From Escherichia phage vB_EcoM_P8: a stretch of 64,000 nt of DNA. The position numbers and the translations under genes were made by a program. The notes beneath the pieces are model-generated. The model searched no databases and was not told where the DNA came from. It saw only the letters and a list, made by a program, of their open reading frames with translations. Positions 9,853 to 19,744 of this stretch are shown piece by piece (position 1 is the stretch's first letter; the number at the start of each line of letters is the position of its first letter). The stretch lies in the sequence record PV390659.2; one strand, 5' to 3'.

Positions 9853-10138
9853 AACGTATCGTCGTAAAGATTTAAAAGTACGTGATTATGACTATTTCGG
9901 AAAGCGTAAAGCTCCTGATGGTGTAAGTCATAAAGATATGGTTGAAAACATTTTTCGCTCTGATAAATGGCGTAGAATGAAAGGCATCGATTCAGAAGTT
10001 AAAGATGAGCTAAATCGCCAATTACGTGGTGAAGTAAGAAAGTTGAAAAAATCAGTTTACATTGACGATGATTTTGATTACAATACTTCTCAACGAGTTG
10101 CTAAGCGCAAATCAAACGAGTGTTATCGTTATAGCTGA
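9845..10138 (+). CDS. hypothetical highly basic protein
   Basis: ORF track 9800..10138; in-frame ATG at 9845; K/R-rich. Confidence 0.5.
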   Translation: MGKTYRRKDLKVRDYDYFGKRKAPDGVSHKDMVENIFRSDKWRRMKGIDSEVKDELNRQLRGEVRKLKKSVYIDDDFDYNTSQRVAKRKSNECYRYS

Positions 10139-10145
10139 GGAAAAT

Positions 10146-10277
10146 ATGAATATCAAACGCATGCTTTTTAAACAGGGATTATATACTTTAAACGTTGCTC
10201 CAAAAGGCGATACGACCAAGTGGTCAGTAAATGACTGGATTAAATTCATTGATGAAAACGGTAACTGGAAAATTTAA
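10146..10277 (+). CDS. hypothetical small protein (43 aa)
   Basis: ATG after GAGGA RBS; track shows longer overlapping alternative. Confidence 0.35.
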   Translation: MNIKRMLFKQGLYTLNVAPKGDTTKWSVNDWIKFIDENGNWKI

Positions 10278-10478
10278 ATGAATCCTGAATCTAAATTATC
10301 GCAACGAATTGCTGAAGCTCGTCGCCAGTTCTTTGAAAATATGATAGCCCAAGGTATTGATGACGAAGTTTTTCTGAACTGGTTTTGGAATCACAAATAT
10401 TCAAAATGCGCAGGAGCAATATTAATATCAGCTGCAATGATGTACGAAGGCTGGAAGGGTGCCAAACAGTTTAGCTAA
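10278..10478 (+). CDS. hypothetical protein
   Basis: 66-aa ORF ending in terminator hairpin. Confidence 0.5.
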   Translation: MNPESKLSQRIAEARRQFFENMIAQGIDDEVFLNWFWNHKYSKCAGAILISAAMMYEGWKGAKQFS

Positions 10479-10495
10479 GGGCTTCGGCCCTTTTT
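10478..10495 (+). terminator. intrinsic terminator hairpin (AGGGC-UUCG-GCCCU + T5)
   Basis: perfect stem, UUCG tetraloop and TTTTT run. Confidence 0.7.
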
Positions 10496-10530
10496 GGATA
10501 ATAAAATTTTAACGTAATTGAGGATAATGT

Positions 10531-10857
10531 ATGACTATTCAAATTAAAAACGCCATCAATTCTTACGCATATGATAAAGTAGTTTCTTTGCTAGAAAAGG
10601 GCGATATTGTAACTCCTCAAATTTTGGATAAATGGGAAAAAGAGCTTCATCAGACGATGAAACAGAATGATCAGAAGATTGGACGAAATACTGTCCGTGA
10701 ATTGTTGGTTCAATATATTTTGTCAGAATTTGATGTTAAAGCTTTTGGTGTAGAATCTAAAGCTTATCAAAAACATGAAATTTCCGATAAAACTATTCGT
10801 CGTATGAAAAATCAACGCAAGAAAAAATTTGCTGACCTGAAAATTGCTAAGGTATGA
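10531..10857 (+). CDS. hypothetical protein
   Basis: 108-aa ORF with GAGGA RBS. Confidence 0.55.
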   Translation: MTIQIKNAINSYAYDKVVSLLEKGDIVTPQILDKWEKELHQTMKQNDQKIGRNTVRELLVQYILSEFDVKAFGVESKAYQKHEISDKTIRRMKNQRKKKFADLKIAKV

Positions 10858-11075
10858 ATATGAACGAAGCTCTTATTAACGATTTACGTCTTGCCGGATA
10901 TGAAGTAAATACAAATGGCATTGGTTTAACTCAAATTGAAGGAAATGGATTCATCCTTGAGTATGAATTTAGCCAATGGTGGTTATACGCTAATTATGGC
11001 GAATTGATTGAATACGTTGACCAATTTGATTCACTAGATGCAGCTCTTGAAGCGGCTAAGTTGATGAATGCATGA
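10854..11075 (+). CDS. hypothetical protein
   Basis: 73-aa ORF, stop-start overlap. Confidence 0.5.
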   Translation: MNMNEALINDLRLAGYEVNTNGIGLTQIEGNGFILEYEFSQWWLYANYGELIEYVDQFDSLDAALEAAKLMNA

Positions 11076-11341
11076 AATTTATTAATATTTCTATTACTAT
11101 TGAAAATTATGGAATTTTCTATGTTGACCAATATATGAAAATTTCATTTTTCCCAAATAAGACTGGTGTTGGATATTGGGAAAGCCATGTTTCTGAATTA
11201 AATGAAAGTGAATATGCTAGCACACATGAAAAGTTTTTAGACTTTTTATATCATGCTGATTTAACTAGTCATTACATAGATATTCATGAATTTAAAAAGA
11301 TGATGGAGAAAGTGTTCCAAGCATACTGTTTACTTAGATAA
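11072..11341 (+). CDS. hypothetical protein
   Basis: 89-aa ORF, stop-start overlap. Confidence 0.5.
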   Translation: MKFINISITIENYGIFYVDQYMKISFFPNKTGVGYWESHVSELNESEYASTHEKFLDFLYHADLTSHYIDIHEFKKMMEKVFQAYCLLR

Positions 11342-11353
11342 CTGATATCCTCT

Positions 11354-11382
11354 ATGCTTTAAGATAGATCTTCAAATATTAT
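11354..11382 (+). promoter_or_regulatory. possible MotA-dependent middle promoter
   Basis: Mot box atgcttta 11354-11361 and tattat 11377-11382; spacer longer than ideal. Confidence 0.35.
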
Positions 11383-11419
11383 GATATAATAGATCTATGA
11401 ATTGAGCTAAGAGGTGAAA

Positions 11420-11977
11420 ATGTCAGAAACTAAGCCTAAATATAATTACGTAAACAATAAAGAGCTTTTACAAGCTATTATTGATTGGAAAACAGAATTA
11501 GCAAATAATAAAGACCCAAATAAAGTAGTTCGTCAGAATGATACTATCGGATTAGCCATTATGCTTATTGCAGAAGGCTTATCTAAACGTTTCAACTTTT
11601 CAGGATACACCCAATCTTGGAAACAAGAAATGATTGCAGATGGTATAGAAGCTTCTATTAAGGGGCTTCATAATTTTGATGAAACGAAATATAAAAACCC
11701 ACATGCGTATATAACTCAAGCTTGTTTTAATGCATTCGTCCAACGTATTAAAAAAGAACGTAAGGAAGTTGCAAAGAAATATAGTTACTTCGTTCACAAT
11801 GTCTATGACAGTCGTGACGACGATATGGTTGCGTTAGTAGATGAAACTTTTATTCAAGACATCTACGATAAAATGACGCATTACGAAGAATCAACCTATA
11901 GAACACCGGGGGCTGAAAAGAAAAGTGTTGTAGATGATTCTCCTAGTTTGGATTTTTTATATGAGGCTAACGATTAA
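11420..11977 (+). CDS. 55: late sigma factor gp55
   Basis: 185 aa from ATG 11420 ([17 protein letters not shown]..), matches remembered T4 gp55. Confidence 0.9.
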
Positions 11978-12179
11978 CCTCTCCGGATTCTTGGAAGAAA
12001 TACCTGAAGTTGAAGCTATTCCCTATTTACTTAAAATGTATCTCAGGGAAGTTTTAGCTCTTGACATTGATATTGATCCAGAAAATCCGTATGATACCGC
12101 TTTTAAATCTAATGGTGTAGAATTAAACTATCGGTATCATTTAACAGATGATGATTTTTATTTTATATTAGAGAAATAA
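11961..12179 (+). CDS. hypothetical protein
   Basis: ORF track 11934..12179; start uncertain, overlaps end of gene 55. Confidence 0.35.
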
Positions 12180-12180
12180 T

Positions 12181-12498
12181 ATGACTGATAAACCCGAAAT
12201 TAATGATGAAGTGGAAAAGCTTATTTCTTCTATTGAAGAAAAGAACCGTCTTGAAGCAGAAAGAAAAGCAAATAAGTTATTGTCTAAAAACAAACGCGAA
12301 CTGAACCGTCTTTATAAACACGCTCAGATTGCAGCTGAAAACAATAATTTTGCTCAATACGAATATGCTATCAAGAAAAGTCGGGATATTCTAAAACAGC
12401 CATATAACGATGAACTTATTAGTATTCTTTGGAAGACTACTAGATCGCAGATTGAGGATATGATTGATGCTTACACGCGTAAAATTCAAGCGTCTTAA
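12181..12498 (+). CDS. hypothetical protein
   Basis: 105-aa ORF. Confidence 0.5.
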   Translation: MTDKPEINDEVEKLISSIEEKNRLEAERKANKLLSKNKRELNRLYKHAQIAAENNNFAQYEYAIKKSRDILKQPYNDELISILWKTTRSQIEDMIDAYTRKIQAS

Positions 12499-12670
12499 AA
12501 TTAATGCAGGATTTACTGAATCTTTGAACGGTCATCTTTGTGTGAAAATTTCTGAAAAAGAATACCATGATAGTTCAATTAAAGAAGTTAATCCTCCTAT
12601 TGTAAGAGCAGACCCTAATATGAAAGTGTGGGTTGATTCTTATCAAGTCAAAAAATGGTGGCAACTGTGA
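12464..12670 (+). CDS. hypothetical protein
   Basis: 68-aa ORF overlapping previous. Confidence 0.4.
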   Translation: MMLTRVKFKRLKINAGFTESLNGHLCVKISEKEYHDSSIKEVNPPIVRADPNMKVWVDSYQVKKWWQL

Positions 12671-12843
12671 AAGATGAACACCCAGACTTCTGAAATAGAT
12701 TATAATAAAATTCGTTCCTCTAAAGTAGAAATGATGAGGCGCTTTAAAGAGTCTCATGATAAAGCTAAAGCAGAAGGAACTATAGCATATAAACGTATAA
12801 AATTTAGAAGCTCTAATGAGCCTCTGTATGGTGTATTATGCGG

Positions 12844-12863
12844 ATAGGAGCTTCGGCTCCTAT
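12844..12863 (+). terminator. hairpin UAGGAGC-UUCG-GCUCCUA
   Basis: perfect 7-bp stem with UUCG loop; weak T tract. Confidence 0.5.
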
Positions 12864-12865
12864 AT

Positions 12866-12889
12866 TGCTTTATAAATTTTTGGTAAAAT
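12866..12889 (+). promoter_or_regulatory. MotA-dependent middle promoter upstream of a-gt
   Basis: Mot box tgcttta 12866-12872, 11 bp spacer, taaaat 12884-12889. Confidence 0.5.
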
Positions 12890-12913
12890 AAACCAAAACA
12901 ATGAGGATATTAA

Positions 12914-14116
12914 ATGAAAGTATGCATTTTTATGGCTCGAGGTCTTGAAGGTTGTGGCGTAACTAAATTTTCTCTTGAGCAACGTGATTGGTTTATTAAA
13001 AATGGTCATGAAGTAACTTTGGTTTATGCTAAAGATAAATCATTTACTCGTAATTGCGCGCATGATTATAAATCATTTTCAATTCCGGTTTTATTGGCAA
13101 AAGAATACGATAAAACCCTTAAGCTGGTAAATGATTGTGATATTCTAATTATCAATTCAGTTCCTGCTACTTCAGTAGAAGAAGACACCATTAATAACTA
13201 TAAAAAAATTATTGATAACATTAAACCTTCGGTTCGTGTTGTAGTTTACCAGCATGACCATTCTTCTCTTTCTTTACGCCGAAATTTGGGATTAGAAGAA
13301 ACTGTTCGTCGAGCTGATGTTATTTTTAGCCATTCTGATAATGGTGATTTTAATAAAGTTCTGATGAAAGAATGGTATCCAGAAACAGTTTCTCTGTTTG
13401 ATGATATTGAAGAAGCACCGACCGTATATAACTTTCAGCCTCCTATGGATATTGCGAAGGTTCGATCAACCTACTGGAAAGATGTTTCTGAAATTAACAT
13501 GAATATCAACCGTTGGATTGGTCGTACTACTACATGGAAAGGCTTTTATCAGATGTTTGATTTTCATGAAAAACATCTTAAACCTGCAGGACTAAGTACT
13601 ATTATGGAAGGTCTGGAACGTTCTCCAGCTTTCATTCCTATTAAAGAAAAGGGAATTCCATACGAGTATTATCGTCTTCATCAAGTAGACCAAATTAAAA
13701 TTGCTCCTAATTTGCCAACGCAAATTCTTGACCGTTATGTAAATAGTGAAATGCTTGAACGCATGAGTAAATCCGGATTTGGTTATCAGCTGAGTAAATT
13801 AGATAAAAAATATCTACAACGTTCTTTAGAATATACTCATCTAGAGCTTGGTGCATGCGGAACAATTCCAGTATTTTGGAAATCTACTGGCGAAAATTTA
13901 AAATTTCGTGTTGATAATACTCCGTTAATTTCTCATGATAGCGGTATCGTTTGGTTTGATGAAAATGACATGGAATCAACATTTGAACGTATTAAAGAAC
14001 TGTCATCTGACCGAGCTCTTTATGACCGCGAACGCGAAAAAGCTTATGAATTTTTGTATCAGCATCAAGATTCAAGCTTCTGCTTTAAAGAACAATTTGA
14101 CATTATTACAAAATAA
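12914..14116 (+). CDS. a-gt: DNA alpha-glucosyltransferase
   Basis: 400 aa, matches remembered T4 alpha-gt. Confidence 0.85.
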   Translation: MKVCIFMARGLEGCGVTKFSLEQRDWFIKNGHEVTLVYAKDKSFTRNCAHDYKSFSIPVLLAKEYDKTLKLVNDCDILIINSVPATSVEEDTINNYKKIIDNIKPSVRVVVYQHDHSSLSLRRNLGLEETVRRADVIFSHSDNGDFNKVLMKEWYPETVSLFDDIEEAPTVYNFQPPMDIAKVRSTYWKDVSEINMNINRWIGRTTTWKGFYQMFDFHEKHLKPAGLSTIMEGLERSPAFIPIKEKGIPYEYYRLHQVDQIKIAPNLPTQILDRYVNSEMLERMSKSGFGYQLSKLDKKYLQRSLEYTHLELGACGTIPVFWKSTGENLKFRVDNTPLISHDSGIVWFDENDMESTFERIKELSSDRALYDREREKAYEFLYQHQDSSFCFKEQFDIITK

Positions 14117-14133
14117 AGGGCTTCGGCCCTTTA
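14115..14133 (+). terminator. terminator hairpin AAAGGGC-UUCG-GCCCUUU
   Basis: perfect stem, UUCG loop. Confidence 0.65.
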
Positions 14134-14157
14134 GCTTTATACGGAGTTTGATATAAT
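14133..14157 (+). promoter_or_regulatory. possible middle promoter (Mot-like box AGCTTTA, TATAAT)
   Basis: agcttta 14133-14139, 12 bp spacer, tataat 14152-14157; same module recurs at 46166-46190. Confidence 0.4.
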
Positions 14158-14296
14158 GATATTTCTTGGATATGTGATACTTTTTCTTGCATTTTATCTA
14201 TTTACTAGAGCATGTTGGATTGGGTTCTTTAGTACTCCAGATGGATTTATTTCAATAATTTTATTTTGCATTTCAATGACGGTTCTTGATATATGA
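14156..14296 (+). CDS. small membrane protein (46 aa)
   Basis: hydrophobic ORF with ATGA overlap to gene 47. Confidence 0.4.
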   Translation: MIFLGYVILFLAFYLFTRACWIGFFSTPDGFISIILFCISMTVLDI

Positions 14297-15312
14297 AAAT
14301 TTTAAATTTAGGTGATTGGCATTTAGGTGTTAAAGCCGATGATGAGTGGGTTCAATCAATCCAGTTGGATGGAATTAAGCAGGCGATAGAATATTCTAAG
14401 AAAAATGGAATTACTACATGGATTCAATACGGTGATATTTTTGATGTGCGAAAAGCAATCACGCATAAAACTATGGAGTTCGCCCGTGAAATAGTTCAAA
14501 TGCTTGATGATGCTGGTATTACCCTGCATACTGTTGTAGGAAACCATGATATGCACTTTAAAAATACTTTAACTCCAAATGCTTCTACTGAGCTTTTGGC
14601 TAAATATCCTAATGTTAAAGTATATGATAAGCCTACTACAGTAGATTTTGACGGATGTTTGATTGATTTAATTCCTTGGATGTGCGAAGAAAATACTGGT
14701 GAAATTCTTGAACACATCAAAACTTCATCTGCTTCTTTTTGTGTCGGTCACTGGGAGCTGAATGGATTTTATTTTTATAAAGGAATGAAATCTCACGGTC
14801 TTGAACCTGATTTCCTTAAGACTTATAAAGAGGTGTGGTCTGGTCACTTCCATACTATCTCTGAGGCTGCTAACGTCAGATATATTGGGACACCATGGAC
14901 ACTAACTGCAGGTGACGAGAATGACCCTCGTGGGTTCTGGATGTTTGATACAGAAACAGAACGAATGGAATTTATTCCAAACAACACCACCTGGCATCGT
15001 CGAATTCAATATCCATTTAAGGGAAAAATTGACTATAAAGATTTTACAAATCTATCAGTACGTGTTATAGTAACTGAAGTAGACAAAAATCTAACGAAGT
15101 TCGAATCTGAACTAGAAAAAGTTGTGCATTCATTACGAGTTGTGTCAAAGATTGATAACTCTGTCGAGTCAGATGATAGTGAAGAAGTTGAAGTTCAATC
15201 TCTTCAGACATTGATGGAAGAATACATTAATGCAATTCCAGACATCACTGATTCTGATCGCGAAGCACTTATTCAATATGCAAATCAGTTATATGTAGAG
15301 GCAACACAATGA
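14293..15312 (+). CDS. 47: recombination nuclease subunit gp47 (Mre11-like phosphoesterase)
   Basis: 339 aa; metallophosphoesterase motifs GDWH, GNHD. Confidence 0.9.
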   Translation: MKILNLGDWHLGVKADDEWVQSIQLDGIKQAIEYSKKNGITTWIQYGDIFDVRKAITHKTMEFAREIVQMLDDAGITLHTVVGNHDMHFKNTLTPNASTELLAKYPNVKVYDKPTTVDFDGCLIDLIPWMCEENTGEILEHIKTSSASFCVGHWELNGFYFYKGMKSHGLEPDFLKTYKEVWSGHFHTISEAANVRYIGTPWTLTAGDENDPRGFWMFDTETERMEFIPNNTTWHRRIQYPFKGKIDYKDFTNLSVRVIVTEVDKNLTKFESELEKVVHSLRVVSKIDNSVESDDSEEVEVQSLQTLMEEYINAIPDITDSDREALIQYANQLYVEATQ

Positions 15313-15572
15313 CTTTTGATGAATTTAAAAATGTTATGATGAGTCAGCATTTTGAATGCGAAGTAAAAGATGATATTGGGCATAAAGAAATTATTGAATA
15401 TTGGTTTGAACCGCTAGAGGTTGAAGATAATTGTATTAAAAAGGTTACGGTCTGCACTGACTGGGCTGTATCTTTTAACTTCAACATTTTAGATAATGAT
15501 ACACCTAAATCATTACAAGATATGGCTGTATCTTGTATTAAGGATGCATACTGTGAAGTTTTCGACATTTGA
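15309..15572 (+). CDS. hypothetical protein
   Basis: 87-aa ORF with ATGA overlap. Confidence 0.5.
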   Translation: MTFDEFKNVMMSQHFECEVKDDIGHKEIIEYWFEPLEVEDNCIKKVTVCTDWAVSFNFNILDNDTPKSLQDMAVSCIKDAYCEVFDI

Positions 15573-15759
15573 CATTAACGATGAATTCATAGCAAATATT
15601 GATTACACCGAAGAAGATTCTAGATATGTTGGAATAATTTATATCACATCAAAAGCAGCACAAGGCGTTGTTTGCATGGCTGAATTTGATGAATACTTTT
15701 TAGATTATGATGATATGATAGAATGGTCTAAAAGATACATTAAAAGGAATCTTTTGTGA
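15547..15759 (+). CDS. hypothetical protein with N-terminus homologous to start of downstream HNH ORF
   Basis: ATG 15547; VKFSTFDINDEFI resembles KNFKLDINDEFL at 15756. Confidence 0.4.
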   Translation, partial: HTVKFSTFDINDEFIANIDYTEEDSRYVGIIYITSKAAQGVVCMAEFDEYFLDYDDMIEWSKRYIKRNLL

Positions 15760-16610
15760 AGAATTTTAAACTTGACATTAATGATGAATTTTTAATAAAG
15801 GAATTAGTTGAAAAATTAGCGTTGAGTGAAGAAGACGCCAAGTCTTACATTAATTTTATTTCTATGAATTCAACTGTTAAAACTCCAGGTAAAACGGAAG
15901 CACACCACGTGCTTCCTAAATCAATATTTCCTGAATATTTAAAATCTACATGGAATTTAGTTAATTTAAGTCATTTTAATCATTTTAAAGCACACTTCTT
16001 ATTAGCAAAAGGTAAAAATGGAAAAATGCTAAATGCTTTAAATAGAATGATGTCAGGAAAAACATATAAAAATTTATCTTTAGCCGAAGTTGATTTAATA
16101 GCTGCTGAATATAGTTTTATAAAACAAGATGTAAGTGACACAATATCAAAAAGGCTTCAACAGTATTATTCAAATCCGCAAAATAGAAATGCTGCTAGAG
16201 AAAGGGCATTAAAATATTTTTCAGTAGCAAAAAATAGGAAAGATAACAAAGAAAGATTAAATAATTTTAAAACAAAACAAAAAATTTCAATGGCTTCAAG
16301 GGAATGGTTTAATAACGAAGAAAATAAAATTAAACACCAAAAGGCTGTTCGTGCTGCTTTATCAAAACCTGAATATAAAATAGCTATATCAAATTCAGTA
16401 GCTGCTAGTTGGAAAAATCCGGAGATTAGAAAAGCTCATATAGCATCTCGACGAAAAGGCTATCATTGGGATAATAAAGATAAATTGTATGAATTGTGGA
16501 TATCATATAATCGTCCTAAACATGTGATGTTTAGGAAAATGCTAGTTAAGAATGGATATCCAATAGAGGCTTCATTACAGGCTTTAGTTAAAGAATTTTC
16601 TTCATTGTGA
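15756..16610 (+). CDS. free-standing HNH homing endonuclease (Mob-like)
   Basis: 284 aa, GTG start; HH..N..H motif (EAHHVLPKS..NLVNLSHFNH); repetitive basic C-terminus; AT-rich codon usage. Confidence 0.7.
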   Translation: MKNFKLDINDEFLIKELVEKLALSEEDAKSYINFISMNSTVKTPGKTEAHHVLPKSIFPEYLKSTWNLVNLSHFNHFKAHFLLAKGKNGKMLNALNRMMSGKTYKNLSLAEVDLIAAEYSFIKQDVSDTISKRLQQYYSNPQNRNAARERALKYFSVAKNRKDNKERLNNFKTKQKISMASREWFNNEENKIKHQKAVRAALSKPEYKIAISNSVAASWKNPEIRKAHIASRRKGYHWDNKDKLYELWISYNRPKHVMFRKMLVKNGYPIEASLQALVKEFSSL

Positions 16611-16625
16611 ACAATTGGATACAAA

Positions 16626-18308
16626 ATGAAATCATTTAAACTTAATAGAGTAAAATATAAAAATATAATGTCAGTTGGTCAAAATGGAGTTGACATTCAA
16701 CTAGATAAGGTTCAAAAAACTCTTATTACTGGACGAAATGGCGGTGGTAAGTCTACTATGTTAGAAGCCATCACATTTGGGCTTTTTGGCAAGCCATTCC
16801 GTGATGTAAAGAAAGGTCAATTAATAAACAGCACGAATAAGAAAGAACTTTTAGTTGAATTGTGGATGGAATATGATGAAAAAAAGTACTATATCAAAAG
16901 AGGACAAAAACCGAATGTTTTTGAAATCACCGTTAACGGTACACGTCTTAATGAATCTGCCAGCAGTAAAGATTTCCAAGCAGAATTTGAACAGCTTATC
17001 GGAATGTCATACGCCAGTTTCAAACAAATCGTCGTACTCGGCACGGCTGGATATACCCCTTTTATGGGCCTATCCACTCCTGCAAGAAGAAAACTCGTCG
17101 AAGACCTGCTCGAGGTAGGAACATTAGCTGAAATGGATAAGCTTAATAAAGCACTAATACGTGAATTAAATTCACAAAACCAAGTGCTTGATGTTAAAAA
17201 AGATAGTATTATCCAACAAATTAAAATATATAATGATAACGTTGAACGCCAGAAAAAATTAACTGGTGATAACCTTACTCGTCTACAGAATATGTATGAT
17301 GATTTGGCAAAAGAAGCTAGAACGCTAAAATCGGAAATAGAAGAAGCTAATGAAAGATTAGTTAATATTGTTTTGGATGAAGACCCGACTGATGCATTTA
17401 ATAAAATCGGTCAAGAAGCATTTTTAATTAAATCAAAAATTGACTCGTATAATAAAGTCATTAATATGTATCACGAAGGTGGATTATGTCCAACCTGTTT
17501 GTCACAATTAAGTTCCGGTGATAAAGTTGTTTCTAAAATTAAAGATAAAGTTTCTGAATGTACGCATTCGTTTGAACAGCTTTCAACGCATCGTGATAAT
17601 TTAAAAGTTCTTGTTGATGAATACCGAGATAATATTAAAACCCAGCAGACGTTGGCAAATGATATTCGCAATAAAAAGCAATCCTTAATCACGACGGTAG
17701 ATAAAGCTAAAAAGGTTAAAGCGGCTATAGAAAAAGCATCATCTGAGTTTATTGACCATGCTGATGAAATAGCATTGCTTCAAGAAGAACTTGATAAAAT
17801 TGTTAAGACAAAAACTAATTTAGTAATGGAAAAATACCACAGAGGAATTTTGACTGACATGCTCAAAGATTCTGGTATTAAAGGTGCTATTATTAAAAAG
17901 TACATTCCATTATTTAATAAGCAGATTAACCATTATCTTAAAATAATGGAAGCGGATTATGTGTTTACATTAGATGAAGAATTTAATGAGACAATTAAAT
18001 CTCGTGGTCGTGAAGATTTTAGTTATGCTTCATTTAGTCAAGGTGAAAAAGCACGAATTGATATTGCTCTTTTATTTACTTGGCGTGATATTGCTGAAAA
18101 AGTTTCAGGTGTTAAAATAAACACACTAATTCTTGATGAAGTTTTTGATTCAGCAACCGATGTTGAAGGTGTAAAAGCTATTTCAACTATTTTAGATAGT
18201 TTAAAAAATACTAATGTTTTTGTTATTTCACATAGAGACCATGACCCACAAGCATATGGTCAGCATCTTCAAATGAAGAAAGTTGGTCGATTTACTGTAA
18301 TGGTTTAA
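16626..18308 (+). CDS. 46: recombination nuclease subunit gp46 (Rad50/SbcC-like ATPase)
   Basis: 560 aa; Walker A GRNGGGKST, zinc hook CPTC, signature and D-loop motifs. Confidence 0.9.
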   Translation: MKSFKLNRVKYKNIMSVGQNGVDIQLDKVQKTLITGRNGGGKSTMLEAITFGLFGKPFRDVKKGQLINSTNKKELLVELWMEYDEKKYYIKRGQKPNVFEITVNGTRLNESASSKDFQAEFEQLIGMSYASFKQIVVLGTAGYTPFMGLSTPARRKLVEDLLEVGTLAEMDKLNKALIRELNSQNQVLDVKKDSIIQQIKIYNDNVERQKKLTGDNLTRLQNMYDDLAKEARTLKSEIEEANERLVNIVLDEDPTDAFNKIGQEAFLIKSKIDSYNKVINMYHEGGLCPTCLSQLSSGDKVVSKIKDKVSECTHSFEQLSTHRDNLKVLVDEYRDNIKTQQTLANDIRNKKQSLITTVDKAKKVKAAIEKASSEFIDHADEIALLQEELDKIVKTKTNLVMEKYHRGILTDMLKDSGIKGAIIKKYIPLFNKQINHYLKIMEADYVFTLDEEFNETIKSRGREDFSYASFSQGEKARIDIALLFTWRDIAEKVSGVKINTLILDEVFDSATDVEGVKAISTILDSLKNTNVFVISHRDHDPQAYGQHLQMKKVGRFTVMV

Positions 18309-18321
18309 TTTATAAGAGATT

Positions 18322-18346
18322 ATGCTTTAATTTATTAGAGTATAAT
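18322..18346 (+). promoter_or_regulatory. MotA-dependent middle promoter
   Basis: Mot box atgcttta 18322-18329, 11 bp spacer, tataat 18341-18346. Confidence 0.5.
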
Positions 18347-18363
18347 CTCTATGGAGGAAAAAC

Positions 18364-18552
18364 ATGGAATATTCAACCGGACAGCATCTATTAACTATTC
18401 CTGAAATAAAACGATATATTCTGAGAAATAATTTTTCTAATGAAGAGCATATAGTTACTGAATCTATGCTTAGGAATGCATTTAAATCAGAATATACGAA
18501 AATAATGTCCAACAGAAATGAAGCTTGGACTGTTACTGATTATTATGACTAA
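18364..18552 (+). CDS. hypothetical protein
   Basis: 62-aa ORF after GGAGGA RBS. Confidence 0.5.
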   Translation: MEYSTGQHLLTIPEIKRYILRNNFSNEEHIVTESMLRNAFKSEYTKIMSNRNEAWTVTDYYD

Positions 18553-18561
18553 AGGTGTATT

Positions 18562-18951
18562 ATGACTAAAATTACTGTGAATTATACTGTTGATGTAAAA
18601 GATATTCAGCCAAAACACGTGCGTTCTGAATCAAATCCACAAAACCAAAATAAAATTCGTCGAGCATGGGTTTTGTCTCTTTCTGATAACGCAATGGAAG
18701 TTATTCAGAACAAAATTAAATCTGCGCCTGCTCGTCATGCATATTATGAAGCTATCGATCGTGAAGTGAGTGATAAATGGATTGAACTGATGCGCAAACA
18801 TACGGCAGAATCTCTAAATGCCGGTGCTAAATTTATTATGACTTCATGCGGTGAACGCCTTGAAGATGGTTATTGCGGTAATGCAGATGAACGTCTAATT
18901 GTTGCTGCTCAAATTGTTGCGGAAACAATTGCTGCTGATTTTAATCGTTAA
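18562..18951 (+). CDS. rpbA: RNA polymerase binding protein RpbA
   Basis: 129 aa, position between 46 and 45 as in T4. Confidence 0.75.
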   Translation: MTKITVNYTVDVKDIQPKHVRSESNPQNQNKIRRAWVLSLSDNAMEVIQNKIKSAPARHAYYEAIDREVSDKWIELMRKHTAESLNAGAKFIMTSCGERLEDGYCGNADERLIVAAQIVAETIAADFNR

Positions 18952-19006
18952 TTGCTTTATTAAATTAGTTATAAAATTAAATCTCATTTGAATTGAAGGA
19001 AATTAC

Positions 19007-19693
19007 ATGAAACTGTCTAAAGATACTACTGCTCTGCTTAAAAATTTCGCTACTATTAACTCTGGTATTATGCTTAAATCTGGTCAATTTATTATGACTC
19101 GCGCGGTTAATGGTACAACTTATGCAGAAGCAAATATTTCTGACACTATTGATTTTGATGTAGCGATTTACGATTTGAACGGTTTTCTCGGTATTCTGTC
19201 TCTAGTTAATGACGATGCAGAAATTTCCCAGTCAGAAGATGGAAATATTAAAATTGCTGATGCCCGTTCAACAATTTTTTGGCCAGCAGCTGATCCGAGT
19301 ACAGTAGTTGCTCCTAATAAACCAATTCCATTTCCGGTAGCATCTGTTGTTACTGAAATTAAAGCTGAAGACCTTCAACAGTTGTTGCGTGTATCTCGCG
19401 GTCTGCAGATTGATACAATTGCTATCACAGTAAAAGAAGGTAAAATCGTAATTAACGGTTTTAATAAAGTAGAAGATTCTGCTTTGACCCGTGTTAAATA
19501 TTCTTTGACTCTTGGTGATTATGATGGTGAAAATACATTTAATTTCATTATCAATATGGCAAATATGAAAATGCAACCAGGAAATTATAAACTTCTGCTC
19601 TGGGCAAAAGGTAAACAAGGTGCTGCTAAATTTGAAGGTGAACACGCGAATTATGTAGTAGCTCTTGAAGCTGATTCTACCCACGACTTTTAA
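19007..19693 (+). CDS. 45: sliding clamp gp45
   Basis: 228 aa, matches remembered T4 gp45. Confidence 0.95.
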   Translation: MKLSKDTTALLKNFATINSGIMLKSGQFIMTRAVNGTTYAEANISDTIDFDVAIYDLNGFLGILSLVNDDAEISQSEDGNIKIADARSTIFWPAADPSTVVAPNKPIPFPVASVVTEIKAEDLQQLLRVSRGLQIDTIAITVKEGKIVINGFNKVEDSALTRVKYSLTLGDYDGENTFNFIINMANMKMQPGNYKLLLWAKGKQGAAKFEGEHANYVVALEADSTHDF

Positions 19694-19694
19694 T

Positions 19695-19712
19695 AAAGGG
19701 CTTCGGCCCTTT
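19695..19712 (+). terminator. terminator hairpin AAAGGGC-UUCG-GCCCUUU
   Basis: perfect stem and UUCG loop directly after gene 45 stop. Confidence 0.65.
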
Positions 19713-19744
19713 ATAATTTACACTAAAACTTGAATGAGGAAATT

